Program-made: the position numbers and the translations under genes
Source: Candidatus Bodocaedibacter vickermanii
GTDB taxonomy: Bacteria; Pseudomonadota; Alphaproteobacteria; UBA6184
Length of the DNA: 24,000 nt
Reading direction: 5' to 3'
Assembly: GCF_014896945.1 (NCBI RefSeq)
Contig: NZ_CP054719.1
Span: forward strand, 147,153-171,152
Part shown: positions 1 to 7,346 of the stretch, piece by piece
How the letters are laid out: every line of letters starts with the position of its first letter
How positions within the stretch are numbered: the first letter of the stretch is position 1
The notes under the pieces: generated by a model
The model's database searches: none
The model's input: the letters and a program-made list of their open reading frames with translations, nothing else
What the model was told of the DNA's origin: nothing

Positions 1-781
1 TGAGGATTGTTCCTGGCGTTTGAGAGTGTCGGTCGGAGATAGTGTTTAATCCGCCGATTTTTAAGACAGTATTGTTATAGATCGTGAATGCGCCGGGCCA
101 TGGGGTGAATGCGCGCAATTGACGTTCCAATTCAACCGCTGTTTTTCGCCAATCCAACCGTGCCATAGATTTATCAATCTTGGGTGCCATGGTAACGTCA
201 TCCACGGGTTGAGGTGTCGCTGGATATTGATCAGGATGATGGAGATAGTCAACGATCATGTCTGCCCCTAAACGTGCAAGTTCATCAAACAGCATTTGAC
301 TGGTGGTTGTGGACGTAATGGGGACAGATCGTTTATACAGCATGTCGCCGGTATCCATCCCAACATCCATGTTCATGATCGTAATGCCAGTTTCAGTGTC
401 GCCAGCTAAAATAGCGTGCTGAATGGGGGCAGCACCTCTCCATCGGGGTAAAAGTGATCCGTGAATGTTAATGCAGCCCAGGGGAGGAATATCTAATACG
501 GCTTGAGGTAATATAAAGCCATAAGCTGCAACGACGCAGATGTCTGGCTTGAGCGCTTTAAGCTCGTCTTGGGCTTCAGAAGTGCGTAATGTTTTGGGAT
601 AATATACGGGAATATTATGGCGTTCAGCAAGGTCGTGCGTTGCTGATTTTGTAACCTCATATCCGCGCCCCACAGGTTTTGGCGGCTGAGTATATACGGC
701 AACAACATTCAATTTAGCCTCTAATATTGACTGTAATGCAGCAGCTGCAAAAGTTGGGGTGCCCATAAAAACGATACGCAT
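1..781 (-). CDS. fmt: methionyl-tRNA formyltransferase, N-terminal ~260 codons (3' end runs off the window start)
   Basis: The reverse complement from ATG at 781-779 reads MRIVFMGTPTFAAAALQSIL. The frame stays open to position 1. GCINIHGSLLPRWRGAAPIQ (around 420-480) is the classic Fmt motif. It is absent from the ORF track because there is no stop in the window. Confidence 0.9.
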   Translation of the reverse strand, partial: MRIVFMGTPTFAAAALQSILEAKLNVVAVYTQPPKPVGRGYEVTKSATHDLAERHNIPVYYPKTLRTSEAQDELKALKPDICVVAAYGFILPQAVLDIPPLGCINIHGSLLPRWRGAAPIQHAILAGDTETGITIMNMDVGMDTGDMLYKRSVPITSTTTSQMLFDELARLGADMIVDYLHHPDQYPATPQPVDDVTMAPKIDKSMARLDWRKTAVELERQLRAFTPWPGAFTIYNNTVLKIGGLNTISDRHSQTPGTIL

Positions 782-820
782 GTGTCCTCTGATATATAAA
801 TGCTTTAAGACACATACCAT

Positions 821-1093
821 AAGCAACGTGCCATTGGCAACGTGCCGTTGCATCCTTTAAGTTAGATCGGATGTGATTGGACACGGATTACAAAAAAACA
901 ACGTTCAACGGTTCATAAATTTATTCGTATAATTCTATTGAGTCTAGCGTCACGTCGATGGATGCAACGGCACGTTGCTTAGATCGGATTCGTTCTGACA
1001 CGGATTACAAACAACTAATTCTATTGAGTCCAGCGTCACGCTGGTGGATGCAATCGCACGTTGCTTAGATCCGATGTGATTGGACATGGATTA
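821..1093. repeat. Nested/tandem array of family-1 palindromic repeat modules: one full copy at 836-978 in inverted orientation, plus partial copies at 979-1066 and 1067-1093
   Basis: Terminal inverted repeat GGCAACGTGCCGTTGCATCC at 836-855 and its complement GGATGCAACGGCACGTTGC at 960-978. The TTAGATCGGATGTGATTGGACACGGATTA module occurs three times. CCAGCGTCACGCTGG hairpin at 1031-1045. Confidence 0.85.
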
Positions 1094-1990
1094 TTGTCGT
1101 TGAGAATGGTTTGATTGATCAATAAGGGTTCTGATCATAGTGGGGCATAGTCCTGTATATTTTACCATGCTTGCTATTGGATAGTTTTTATCTAAGCAAA
1201 GGTTGATGATTGCAATAACATCTATTAATTCCTTTTGTGTTAGAGGGGAATGAGGGGTTAAAGAGTTGTAATAATATGCTGTAGCTTCTGCAGACCAATG
1301 ATTTAAATCAAGGGCTGAATAAGCAATGGCAACGTTATCTGGGGTTTGTCTAGGAATATCCTGCATCAAGTGTGCTTGAGTTAAGAATTCAAGCCATGCT
1401 TTGGTTTCAGGATCTTTTGAATTTTGAAGGCGATCTGAGCCTAGACCCATTTGAACAACGCGAATAATTTTTTGGGTATGTGTGTGGTTTTGATTGTTGA
1501 AAACGAGTATCCTATCACTGTCACACTCTAAATCTGTTATCAAATTGTAAATGAATGTGTTGTGAGAAGCATCTGATGAGGGAGCAGGAGCTACCATCGA
1601 ATTGTCGAGCCATACACTTGAGGATGTAATTTGAAGTTCGGTAGATAGGGAATATAAATCATGATGTTGGATAAATTCTAGAAAGCTATTTCGAACATCA
1701 GGTACATAGGGCGCCCACTGAGGTCCAAGAAGACCTAAGGGAACGTACTGTAAAAAAGCGTGGTTGCATAAATGCTGAAGAATTTCAGGAATCTTGATTA
1801 ATTTATTGAGAGCTAGGGGGTGTGTTGCTTTGGCAAATCGTTGTATATTTCTTGGTGAGATGACTCGGTTGAGAACTGCGTTCCTTTTAATAACAGAGGC
1901 TCCACAAGGGAAATGATGTGCAGCAAATCCTGTAGAAATAAGGCTATTGATAACGATTAAATATTGCAGTGCTGTCGTAATAAATCTCAT
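1091..1990 (-). CDS. hypothetical protein (orphan), hydrophobic signal-peptide-like N-terminus
   Basis: Long ORF in the track (1091..2077). I prefer the internal ATG at 1990 (MRFITTALQYLIVINSLISTGFAAHH), which follows AGGGTGA. The upstream extension is low-complexity and overlaps the divergent ssb promoter region. No family recognised. The stop codon lies in the last 3 nt of a repeat module (GGATTA). Confidence 0.55.
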   Translation of the reverse strand: MRFITTALQYLIVINSLISTGFAAHHFPCGASVIKRNAVLNRVISPRNIQRFAKATHPLALNKLIKIPEILQHLCNHAFLQYVPLGLLGPQWAPYVPDVRNSFLEFIQHHDLYSLSTELQITSSSVWLDNSMVAPAPSSDASHNTFIYNLITDLECDSDRILVFNNQNHTHTQKIIRVVQMGLGSDRLQNSKDPETKAWLEFLTQAHLMQDIPRQTPDNVAIAYSALDLNHWSAEATAYYYNSLTPHSPLTQKELIDVIAIINLCLDKNYPIASMVKYTGLCPTMIRTLIDQSNHSQRQ

Positions 1991-2145
1991 GATCACCCTG
2001 AAATGTAATAATGTAGTGGTATGTCTAATATAAAGATTCAAAGCCGTCAAGATAAAGTGAAACGTAAAATACATCAAACGTCAAAAAAATGGCTTTTTGC
2101 TGAAAAAAATGGTATAGTAATTTAACCATTTATAAAGGAAAAGCT

Positions 2146-2661
2146 ATGGCTGGAAGTATTAACAAAGTGACGTTGATAGGAAACTTAGGGGCAGATCCCG
2201 AAGTTCGTATGGGGCAAGATAGTTCTAAAATCGTTACGTTCTCAGTTGCGACCTCTGAATTTTGGAATGATAAGCAAAGCGGAGAACGCAAAGAAAAAAC
2301 CGAATGGCATCGCGTTGTGATTTTCAACGATCGCATTGCCGAGGTTGCAGAAAAGTATTTGCGCAAAGGATCTAAAGTTTATTTAGAAGGTCAGCTTCAA
2401 ACACGTCAATGGAAAGATAATACTGGCGTTGATCGTTACACCACAGAAGTTGTGATTTCTCGATTTAAGGGTGAGTTGGTTTTGATTGATAGCCGCAATG
2501 GATCATCAGGCGGCGGTGACTCTTTTGGAGCGGATAATGGATTTTCATCTGGGTCAAGTTCATCTGGATTCGGTGGTCAATCTATGCAACAAGCATCGAG
2601 GCCCTCAACGCAAGCACAGCCAAAAAATAGTTTTGGCATTGATGATGAAATTCCGTTCTAA
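2146..2661 (+). CDS. ssb: single-stranded DNA-binding protein
   Basis: [23 protein letters not shown]-fold N-terminus, Gly/Ser-rich linker, acidic C-terminal tip DDEIPF. AAAGGAAAAG precedes the ATG. Confidence 0.95.
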   Translation: MAGSINKVTLIGNLGADPEVRMGQDSSKIVTFSVATSEFWNDKQSGERKEKTEWHRVVIFNDRIAEVAEKYLRKGSKVYLEGQLQTRQWKDNTGVDRYTTEVVISRFKGELVLIDSRNGSSGGGDSFGADNGFSSGSSSSGFGGQSMQQASRPSTQAQPKNSFGIDDEIPF

Positions 2662-2689
2662 ACTTATTAATTAACACATTGGATGTATT

Positions 2690-5395
2690 GTGAGCGATAA
2701 AAAGAATTCGGTATTGGATACGGATATTCGTGCTGTATCTATTGAACATGAAATGAAAAGTTCCTATTTAGATTATGCCATGAGCGTAATCGTGGGACGT
2801 GCCTTACCTGACATACGTGACGGGCTGAAACCGGTTCATCGGCGTATTTTATTTTCGATGAAACAAGATGGGTATGATTATAACAAACCCTTTAAAAAGT
2901 CAGCCTATATCGTCGGAGGCGTGATGGCAAGGTTTCACCCGCATGGTGACTCTGCTATTTACCATTCGATGGTGCGTATGGCTCAGTCGTTCTCATTAAG
3001 AGTACCATTGATTCAGGGGCAAGGTAACTTTGGTTCGATGGATGGTGACCCACCTGCATCATTCCGTTATACGGAAGCTCGTATGTCTAAAGCAGCACAT
3101 GCGATGACCGAGGATATTGATAAAGACACCGTCAATTTCCGTCCAAACTATGACGAAACATTATTAGAACCCTCTGTTTTGCCAGCGCGATTTCCCAACT
3201 TATTGGTGAATGGTGCTGAAGGTATTGCTGTGGGTATGGCGACCAGTGTTCCAACGCATAACTTAAGCGAAGTAATTGATGCATGCTGTGCGTTTGTGGA
3301 TAACCGGGACATTACCATTGAAGAGTTAATGGAGTTTGTGAAGGGGCCTGATTTTCCAACAGGTGCGATTATTCTGGGACGATCCAATATTCTGCAGGCA
3401 TACCGTACAGGTAGGGGCAGCATTATTGTTCGTGGGCGTACGGAGATTGAGGAAATTCGCAAAGGCCGTATGGCGATTATTATCAGCGAAATTCCGTATC
3501 AAGTGAACAAAGCAAAAATGGTCGAGCGTATTGCGGAAACTGTTAAACTAAAGATTATTGAAGGCATTTCTGAAATTCGTGACGAATCCAACCGTACTGG
3601 TGTGCGCGTTGTCGTTGAATTGAAAAAAGATGCATCACCTGATGTTGTGTTGAACCAGCTGTTTAAATTCACACCGTTGCAAACCAGCATTAGCTTTAAC
3701 GTATTGGCGTTGTATAACAACCGACCAGAATTGTTAAACTTGCAACAGATTATTAAAGCCTTTGTGGAATTCCGTGAAGAAGTGATCACGCGTCGTTCTA
3801 GGTTCTTGCTGCGTAAGGCTCGTGAAAAGGCTAACTTATTAGTAGGTCTGGGTGTTGCCGTTGCAAACATCGACGAAGTTATCCGAATCATTCGTGCAGC
3901 GTCTGACCCCAAAACAGCGAAAGAAAACTTGCTGGCTCGTGAGTGGGATACAAAAGACATTGCACCGTTCATTCAATTAGTAACGGGCGAAGAGGTCTTG
4001 CTTAAGACGTATCAGATGTCTGAAGAACAAGCCAAGGCAATTTTAGATTTGCGTTTACACCGTTTAACAGGATTAGAACGCGAAAAAATATTAGACGATT
4101 TGAAAGAGGTTGTTGCTGAAATTGAACGCCTGTTAGACATTTTGTCGGATAAAGCTGTTTTATATGCGTTGCTAAAGCAGGAAATGATCGAAGTTAAAGA
4201 TCAATTCGGAACTCCACGCAAGACTGAGATTCAAGAGGGCGAATTTGAACATGACATCGAAGACCTGATTGAACGCGAAGATATGGTTGTGACGGTTACG
4301 ATGAGTGGATACATTCGTCGTTCATCATTGTTGTTATATCGTGCGCAACGTCGCGGTGGAAAAGGTCGATCTGGTATGGCGACCCGTGATGAAGATGCTG
4401 TACAAGATTTGTTTGTTGCAAATACGCATACACCATTGTTGTTCTTTACGACCCATGGTCAATGTTACAAATTAAAAGTGTACCGTTTGCCAGAAGGTAC
4501 GTTGCAATCTCGGGGTAAAGCCTTAGTGAATTTGCTGCCATTGGAAGCAGGTGAGCGTATTGCGACCATTATGCCAATGCCAGAGGATGAAGCAGAATGG
4601 GCAAACATGTTCATTATGTTTGCGACAAACCGTGGTAATGTTCGACGCAACCGTTTGAGTGATTTTACTCAAATTAGATCATCGGGTAAAAAAGCGATTC
4701 GTTTAGATGAAGGTGAAAACTTAATTTCTGTTCAGCCCTGTTATGATACTCAAGATGTATTATTGGCATCGCGTGATGGTAAATCGATTCGATTCTCTGT
4801 TACCGACATTCGTGTATTTGCTGGACGTGATTCCAATGGTGTTAGAGCGATCCGCTTGGCAGGTGAAAATGAAGTTGTGTCAATGTCATTATTAAACAGC
4901 ATTGATTTCACAATCGAAGAGCGCAATGCATATTTGAAGATGCGTCGTTTGGATGATGATTCCGTTGCTGAAGATGATGACGAATCAACAGCAGAAGTCA
5001 CCCTGACCGAAGAGCGTTTTAAAGAACTGCAAGCCAAGGAAGAGTATATCTTAACCCTTACAGATAAAGGCTATGGTAAACGTACGTCGTCTTTTGAATA
5101 TCGCGTAACGCACCGTGGCGGGCAGGGGCTTACAAACATTGGCTTGTCGGCTAAAAACGGTAAAGTGATTAGCTCATTCCCTGTAGGTCATGGAGATGAT
5201 ATCGTTTTGATGTCGGATGCAAGTACAACGATTCGTTGCCCTGTTGAAGGTGTTCGTATTTGTGGACGAACTTCCCAAGGTGTAATCGTAATTCGATTGG
5301 CTGAAAATGAAAAAGTCATATCAACAACGCGTTTGGACGAATCAAAAATTGTCCAAGATGACGCGATTGATATAGAAGTAGGTATTGAAGAGTAA
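2690..5395 (+). CDS. gyrA: DNA gyrase subunit A
   Basis: 901 aa with a GTG start. Motifs DGLKPVHRRIL, HPHGDSAIY (QRDR) and catalytic FRYTEARM are present, plus C-terminal beta-pinwheel repeats. Confidence 0.97.
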   Translation: MSDKKNSVLDTDIRAVSIEHEMKSSYLDYAMSVIVGRALPDIRDGLKPVHRRILFSMKQDGYDYNKPFKKSAYIVGGVMARFHPHGDSAIYHSMVRMAQSFSLRVPLIQGQGNFGSMDGDPPASFRYTEARMSKAAHAMTEDIDKDTVNFRPNYDETLLEPSVLPARFPNLLVNGAEGIAVGMATSVPTHNLSEVIDACCAFVDNRDITIEELMEFVKGPDFPTGAIILGRSNILQAYRTGRGSIIVRGRTEIEEIRKGRMAIIISEIPYQVNKAKMVERIAETVKLKIIEGISEIRDESNRTGVRVVVELKKDASPDVVLNQLFKFTPLQTSISFNVLALYNNRPELLNLQQIIKAFVEFREEVITRRSRFLLRKAREKANLLVGLGVAVANIDEVIRIIRAASDPKTAKENLLAREWDTKDIAPFIQLVTGEEVLLKTYQMSEEQAKAILDLRLHRLTGLEREKILDDLKEVVAEIERLLDILSDKAVLYALLKQEMIEVKDQFGTPRKTEIQEGEFEHDIEDLIEREDMVVTVTMSGYIRRSSLLLYRAQRRGGKGRSGMATRDEDAVQDLFVANTHTPLLFFTTHGQCYKLKVYRLPEGTLQSRGKALVNLLPLEAGERIATIMPMPEDEAEWANMFIMFATNRGNVRRNRLSDFTQIRSSGKKAIRLDEGENLISVQPCYDTQDVLLASRDGKSIRFSVTDIRVFAGRDSNGVRAIRLAGENEVVSMSLLNSIDFTIEERNAYLKMRRLDDDSVAEDDDESTAEVTLTEERFKELQAKEEYILTLTDKGYGKRTSSFEYRVTHRGGQGLTNIGLSAKNGKVISSFPVGHGDDIVLMSDASTTIRCPVEGVRICGRTSQGVIVIRLAENEKVISTTRLDESKIVQDDAIDIEVGIEE

Positions 5396-5410
5396 AACTA
5401 GTCAGCTTAT

Positions 5411-5441
5411 AAAAAGCCCCCAAACTTTGGGGGCTTTTTTA
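5411..5441 (+). terminator. rho-independent terminator of gyrA
   Basis: AAAAAGCCCCCAAACTTTGGGGGCTTTTTT: an 8-bp GC-rich stem followed by a T-run, 16 nt after the gyrA stop. Confidence 0.85.
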
Positions 5442-5466
5442 TTGGATATTCATTTGCTGTTAGGCT

Positions 5467-5605
5467 GGCAACGTGCCGTTGTACCAGCGTGACGCTGGAC
5501 CCAATAGACTTATGCGAATAAATTTCTAACTGTCGTGACGCTGCTTTGTGTAATCTGTGTTAAATCACATCGAATCTAACCTAACGGATGCAACGGCATG
5601 TTGCC
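5467..5605. repeat. Family-1 MITE/RPE-like element, near full length (139 bp)
   Basis: GGCAACGTGCCGTTG ... GGATGCAACGGCATGTTGCC termini. Internal CCAGCGTGACGCTGG hairpin (5484-5498). The AATAGA.TTAT.CGAATAAATTTCTAA core is shared with the copy at 6793-6936. Confidence 0.85.
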
Positions 5606-5777
5606 GGCTCAAGGGCGCTTTACGCGCCAGAGCGGCGGGTTGCCGCTATCAAATCGCATTGCGATTTGCTTGAGCCGCATAAAGACAGAGGCGGGTATAA
5701 ATGAGAGAGTTGATACAGCCGGGAGATATGCTGAGAGAGATCTCCAAGGAGCATTGGGTTGTTTTTGTAATCCGTGT
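5606..5777. repeat. Family-2 structured repeat; this copy carries a 71-nt multi-hairpin insert at 5606-5676
   Basis: Aligns with 9961-10086 (CTyAAGGGyGCTTTrCGCrCC ... CATAAAGACAGAGGCGGGTATAAA.GAGAG ... TAATCCGTGT). Hairpins at 5614-5628, 5632-5646 and 5651-5667 are closed by GGCTCAAG/CTTGAGCC. Confidence 0.7.
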
Positions 5778-5793
5778 TAACGCAGAGTGGGTC

Positions 5794-5865
5794 TAAGTGA
5801 CGGGGCTGCACCCTATAAGTTAGACCCGATGTGCTCAAACACGGATTATAGGTGTTTAGCTATAT
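5794..5865. repeat. Family-1 half-element variant
   Basis: GTGACGGGGCTGCACCCTATAAGTTAGACCCGATGTGCTCAAACACGGATTATAGG..AGCTATAT is nearly identical in layout to 10449-10518. Confidence 0.8.
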
Positions 5866-6067
5866 TTATTAATGTTAACTCACCTTTTTGTGAGAAAATG
5901 ACGTATTGCTTCGTCTGTTGTTTTTACGATTTAAGGGGTGTGTGACATGTTAATTATTAACCTTCATTAACACAGGATAACGAGTGAGTATTTTTTAACC
6001 ATTCGTATCTGAATTAAACGAGCGTTACTATATTTCTGAAATCATGTTATTGGGTGCTGGTAATAAA

Positions 6068-6107
6068 TAAAAACCCCTCACTCATATAGGGTTGAGCAGG
6101 GGGGGGG
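6068..6107 (-). terminator. probable intrinsic terminator of the 6124-6648 gene
   Basis: On the minus strand: CCCCTGCTCA..TGAGTGAGGGG, an imperfect stem followed by TTTTT, 17 nt after the stop. Confidence 0.5.
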
Positions 6108-6123
6108 CTTATATAAGTATAGA

Positions 6124-6648
6124 TTATTGTGTTAAGTAAGCATGGGCTGTTTGAAGGCCTTCAGCAACGGCTGCGGCTGCTGTATACATTAGTTTTCCAC
6201 TAAACCAGAAGATTTTAGTTAACGACACACTTAAGGTTGCAACACTAATTGCGATATTCGCGATTGGCGCAACTAAACTAACTATGCCATTTAAAACCTC
6301 AGCAACAGCTAGAGTACTTTCTTTTAGAGCTTTTTCAATTTCAGATAAACTTGCCTTAAGCTCTTCTGTGTGACTGGAAAGTTTTACTTCTTCTATTATT
6401 ACCGCAGTAGTTTCAGTAGTTGTTGTGTCTGCTGAAGCAGCAGAAACTGTAGCATCATTTTCCGTCGGTTTAGCAACGGTTTCAGTGTCTCTTTTTATAT
6501 CTGTTAGGGTTACTGCTTCGGTTGTTTCTGTAGAAGCGCGTACATAATCCTGTTGGCTGACAGGATCTAAGTATGCATCAATGTGTGCGCCGAATAATAA
6601 AGCAGCTGTTAACCCAATAACGTGTAGTGATAATCTCATAATTTTCAT
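6124..6648 (-). CDS. hypothetical secreted/membrane protein, Thr/Glu-rich with a hydrophobic C-terminal region
   Basis: ORF track 6124..6699. Start preferred at MKIMRLSLHVIGLTAALLFGAHIDA (signal-peptide-like, AAGGA upstream). The middle is T/E/A-rich. The C-terminus IVSLVAPIANIAISVATLSVSL looks membrane-spanning. No family recognised. Confidence 0.6.
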   Translation of the reverse strand: MKIMRLSLHVIGLTAALLFGAHIDAYLDPVSQQDYVRASTETTEAVTLTDIKRDTETVAKPTENDATVSAASADTTTTETTAVIIEEVKLSSHTEELKASLSEIEKALKESTLAVAEVLNGIVSLVAPIANIAISVATLSVSLTKIFWFSGKLMYTAAAAVAEGLQTAHAYLTQ

Positions 6649-6792
6649 CGTTCCATTAATCCTTAAGGGGTTTATAGGGGTAGATAGAAATAAAGTCAAG
6701 TAAATTTACACAAAATTAAGAATTATATTTATTAGTTCATTGAACGGACGTTATTAAGCCTTCTGAAGAGGGATGATCCCTGGACTCCATAG

Positions 6793-6936
6793 GGCAACGT
6801 GCCGTTGCATCCACCAGCGTGACGCTGGACTCAATAGAATTATACGAATAAATTTCTAAGTGTCGTAATGTTGTTTTCTAATAATCCGTGTCAGATCACA
6901 TCGGATTTCATCTAATGGATGCAACGGCACGTTGCC
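6793..6936. repeat. Family-1 MITE/RPE-like element, best-preserved copy (144 bp) with perfect 20-bp terminal inverted repeats
   Basis: GGCAACGTGCCGTTGCATCC (6793-6812) and GGATGCAACGGCACGTTGCC (6917-6936). CCAGCGTGACGCTGG at 6815-6829. The right end overlaps the last codons of holC. Confidence 0.9.
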
Positions 6937-7342
6937 AACCGCCTTGAACTTGTTCTTCCCAAACGGTGAGATCTCCGATGGATTGAGCCCATTGAGTGGA
7001 TTCATTTGACCATGCTGAATCCAAGATTAATACTTTCTCAAATTGGCTTAGGTTAGTTGGGCGGACGGCATCGATTAAGACGAGCACTTGCGCGCCATTT
7101 GGATTTTCATCGGTACATGTTAGCCAGATAGGTTGGTAGGATGGATTGCCATCGTCAGCGGTTCCGTGGGGAAGTAGCTCTGATTTAGAGTATGTCCATA
7201 GGAAAGTATCAATGATTTTTAATTGATCTTCCGAAGGTGCCATCACCACGGCACGTTGTCCTGCGGCTAAGACTTTTTCTAAAAGCTTAGGGAGTACTTT
7301 TTCTAAAGGACTAATACTGTGGTGATAGCCAACAATCTGCAT
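6908..7342 (-). CDS. holC: DNA polymerase III chi subunit
   Basis: 144 aa, 4 nt downstream of pepA (the common pepA-holC arrangement). N-terminal FYH-like pattern (VGYHHS), then RAVVMAPSEDQLKIIDTFLWTY, typical of HolC. Confidence 0.8.
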   Translation of the reverse strand: MQIVGYHHSISPLEKVLPKLLEKVLAAGQRAVVMAPSEDQLKIIDTFLWTYSKSELLPHGTADDGNPSYQPIWLTCTDENPNGAQVLVLIDAVRPTNLSQFEKVLILDSAWSNESTQWAQSIGDLTVWEEQVQGGWQRAVASIR

Positions 7343-7346
7343 GGGG

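Noticed and set aside
61-708. Minus-strand ORFs 61-252 and 493-708
   Set aside because: They are in the wrong frame relative to the clearly identifiable fmt reading frame that spans 1-781.
2130-2674. ORFs 2130-2366 (-) and 2486-2674 (+) overlapping ssb
   Set aside because: They overlap the well-supported ssb frame, have no RBS and have no recognisable domains.
3148-5037. Four minus-strand ORFs (3148-3462, 3499-3972, 4465-4650, 4750-5037) inside gyrA
   Set aside because: They are antisense to an unambiguous, motif-rich gyrA reading frame. Their translations are low-complexity and Ser/Arg-rich, typical of shadow ORFs.
5606-5676. A 71-nt cloverleaf-like fold (8-bp closing stem plus three hairpins) that superficially resembles a tRNA
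   Set aside because: The arms do not fit tRNA geometry. The first arm is a 5-bp stem with a 5-nt loop and no GG. The middle loop is 5 nt, or 7 nt with G at position 33. The third arm is a 7-bp stem with a 3-nt loop and no TTCGA. There is also no discriminator/CCA context, and the related copy at 9961 lacks two of the three hairpins.
5598-5838. ORFs 5598-5780 (+) and 5620-5838 (-); likewise 10063-10278 (+) and 16165-16422 (-)
   Set aside because: They are composed almost entirely of repeat-element sequence. Their starts lie in repeat termini and there are no RBSs, so they are most likely artefacts of repeats lacking stops in some frames.
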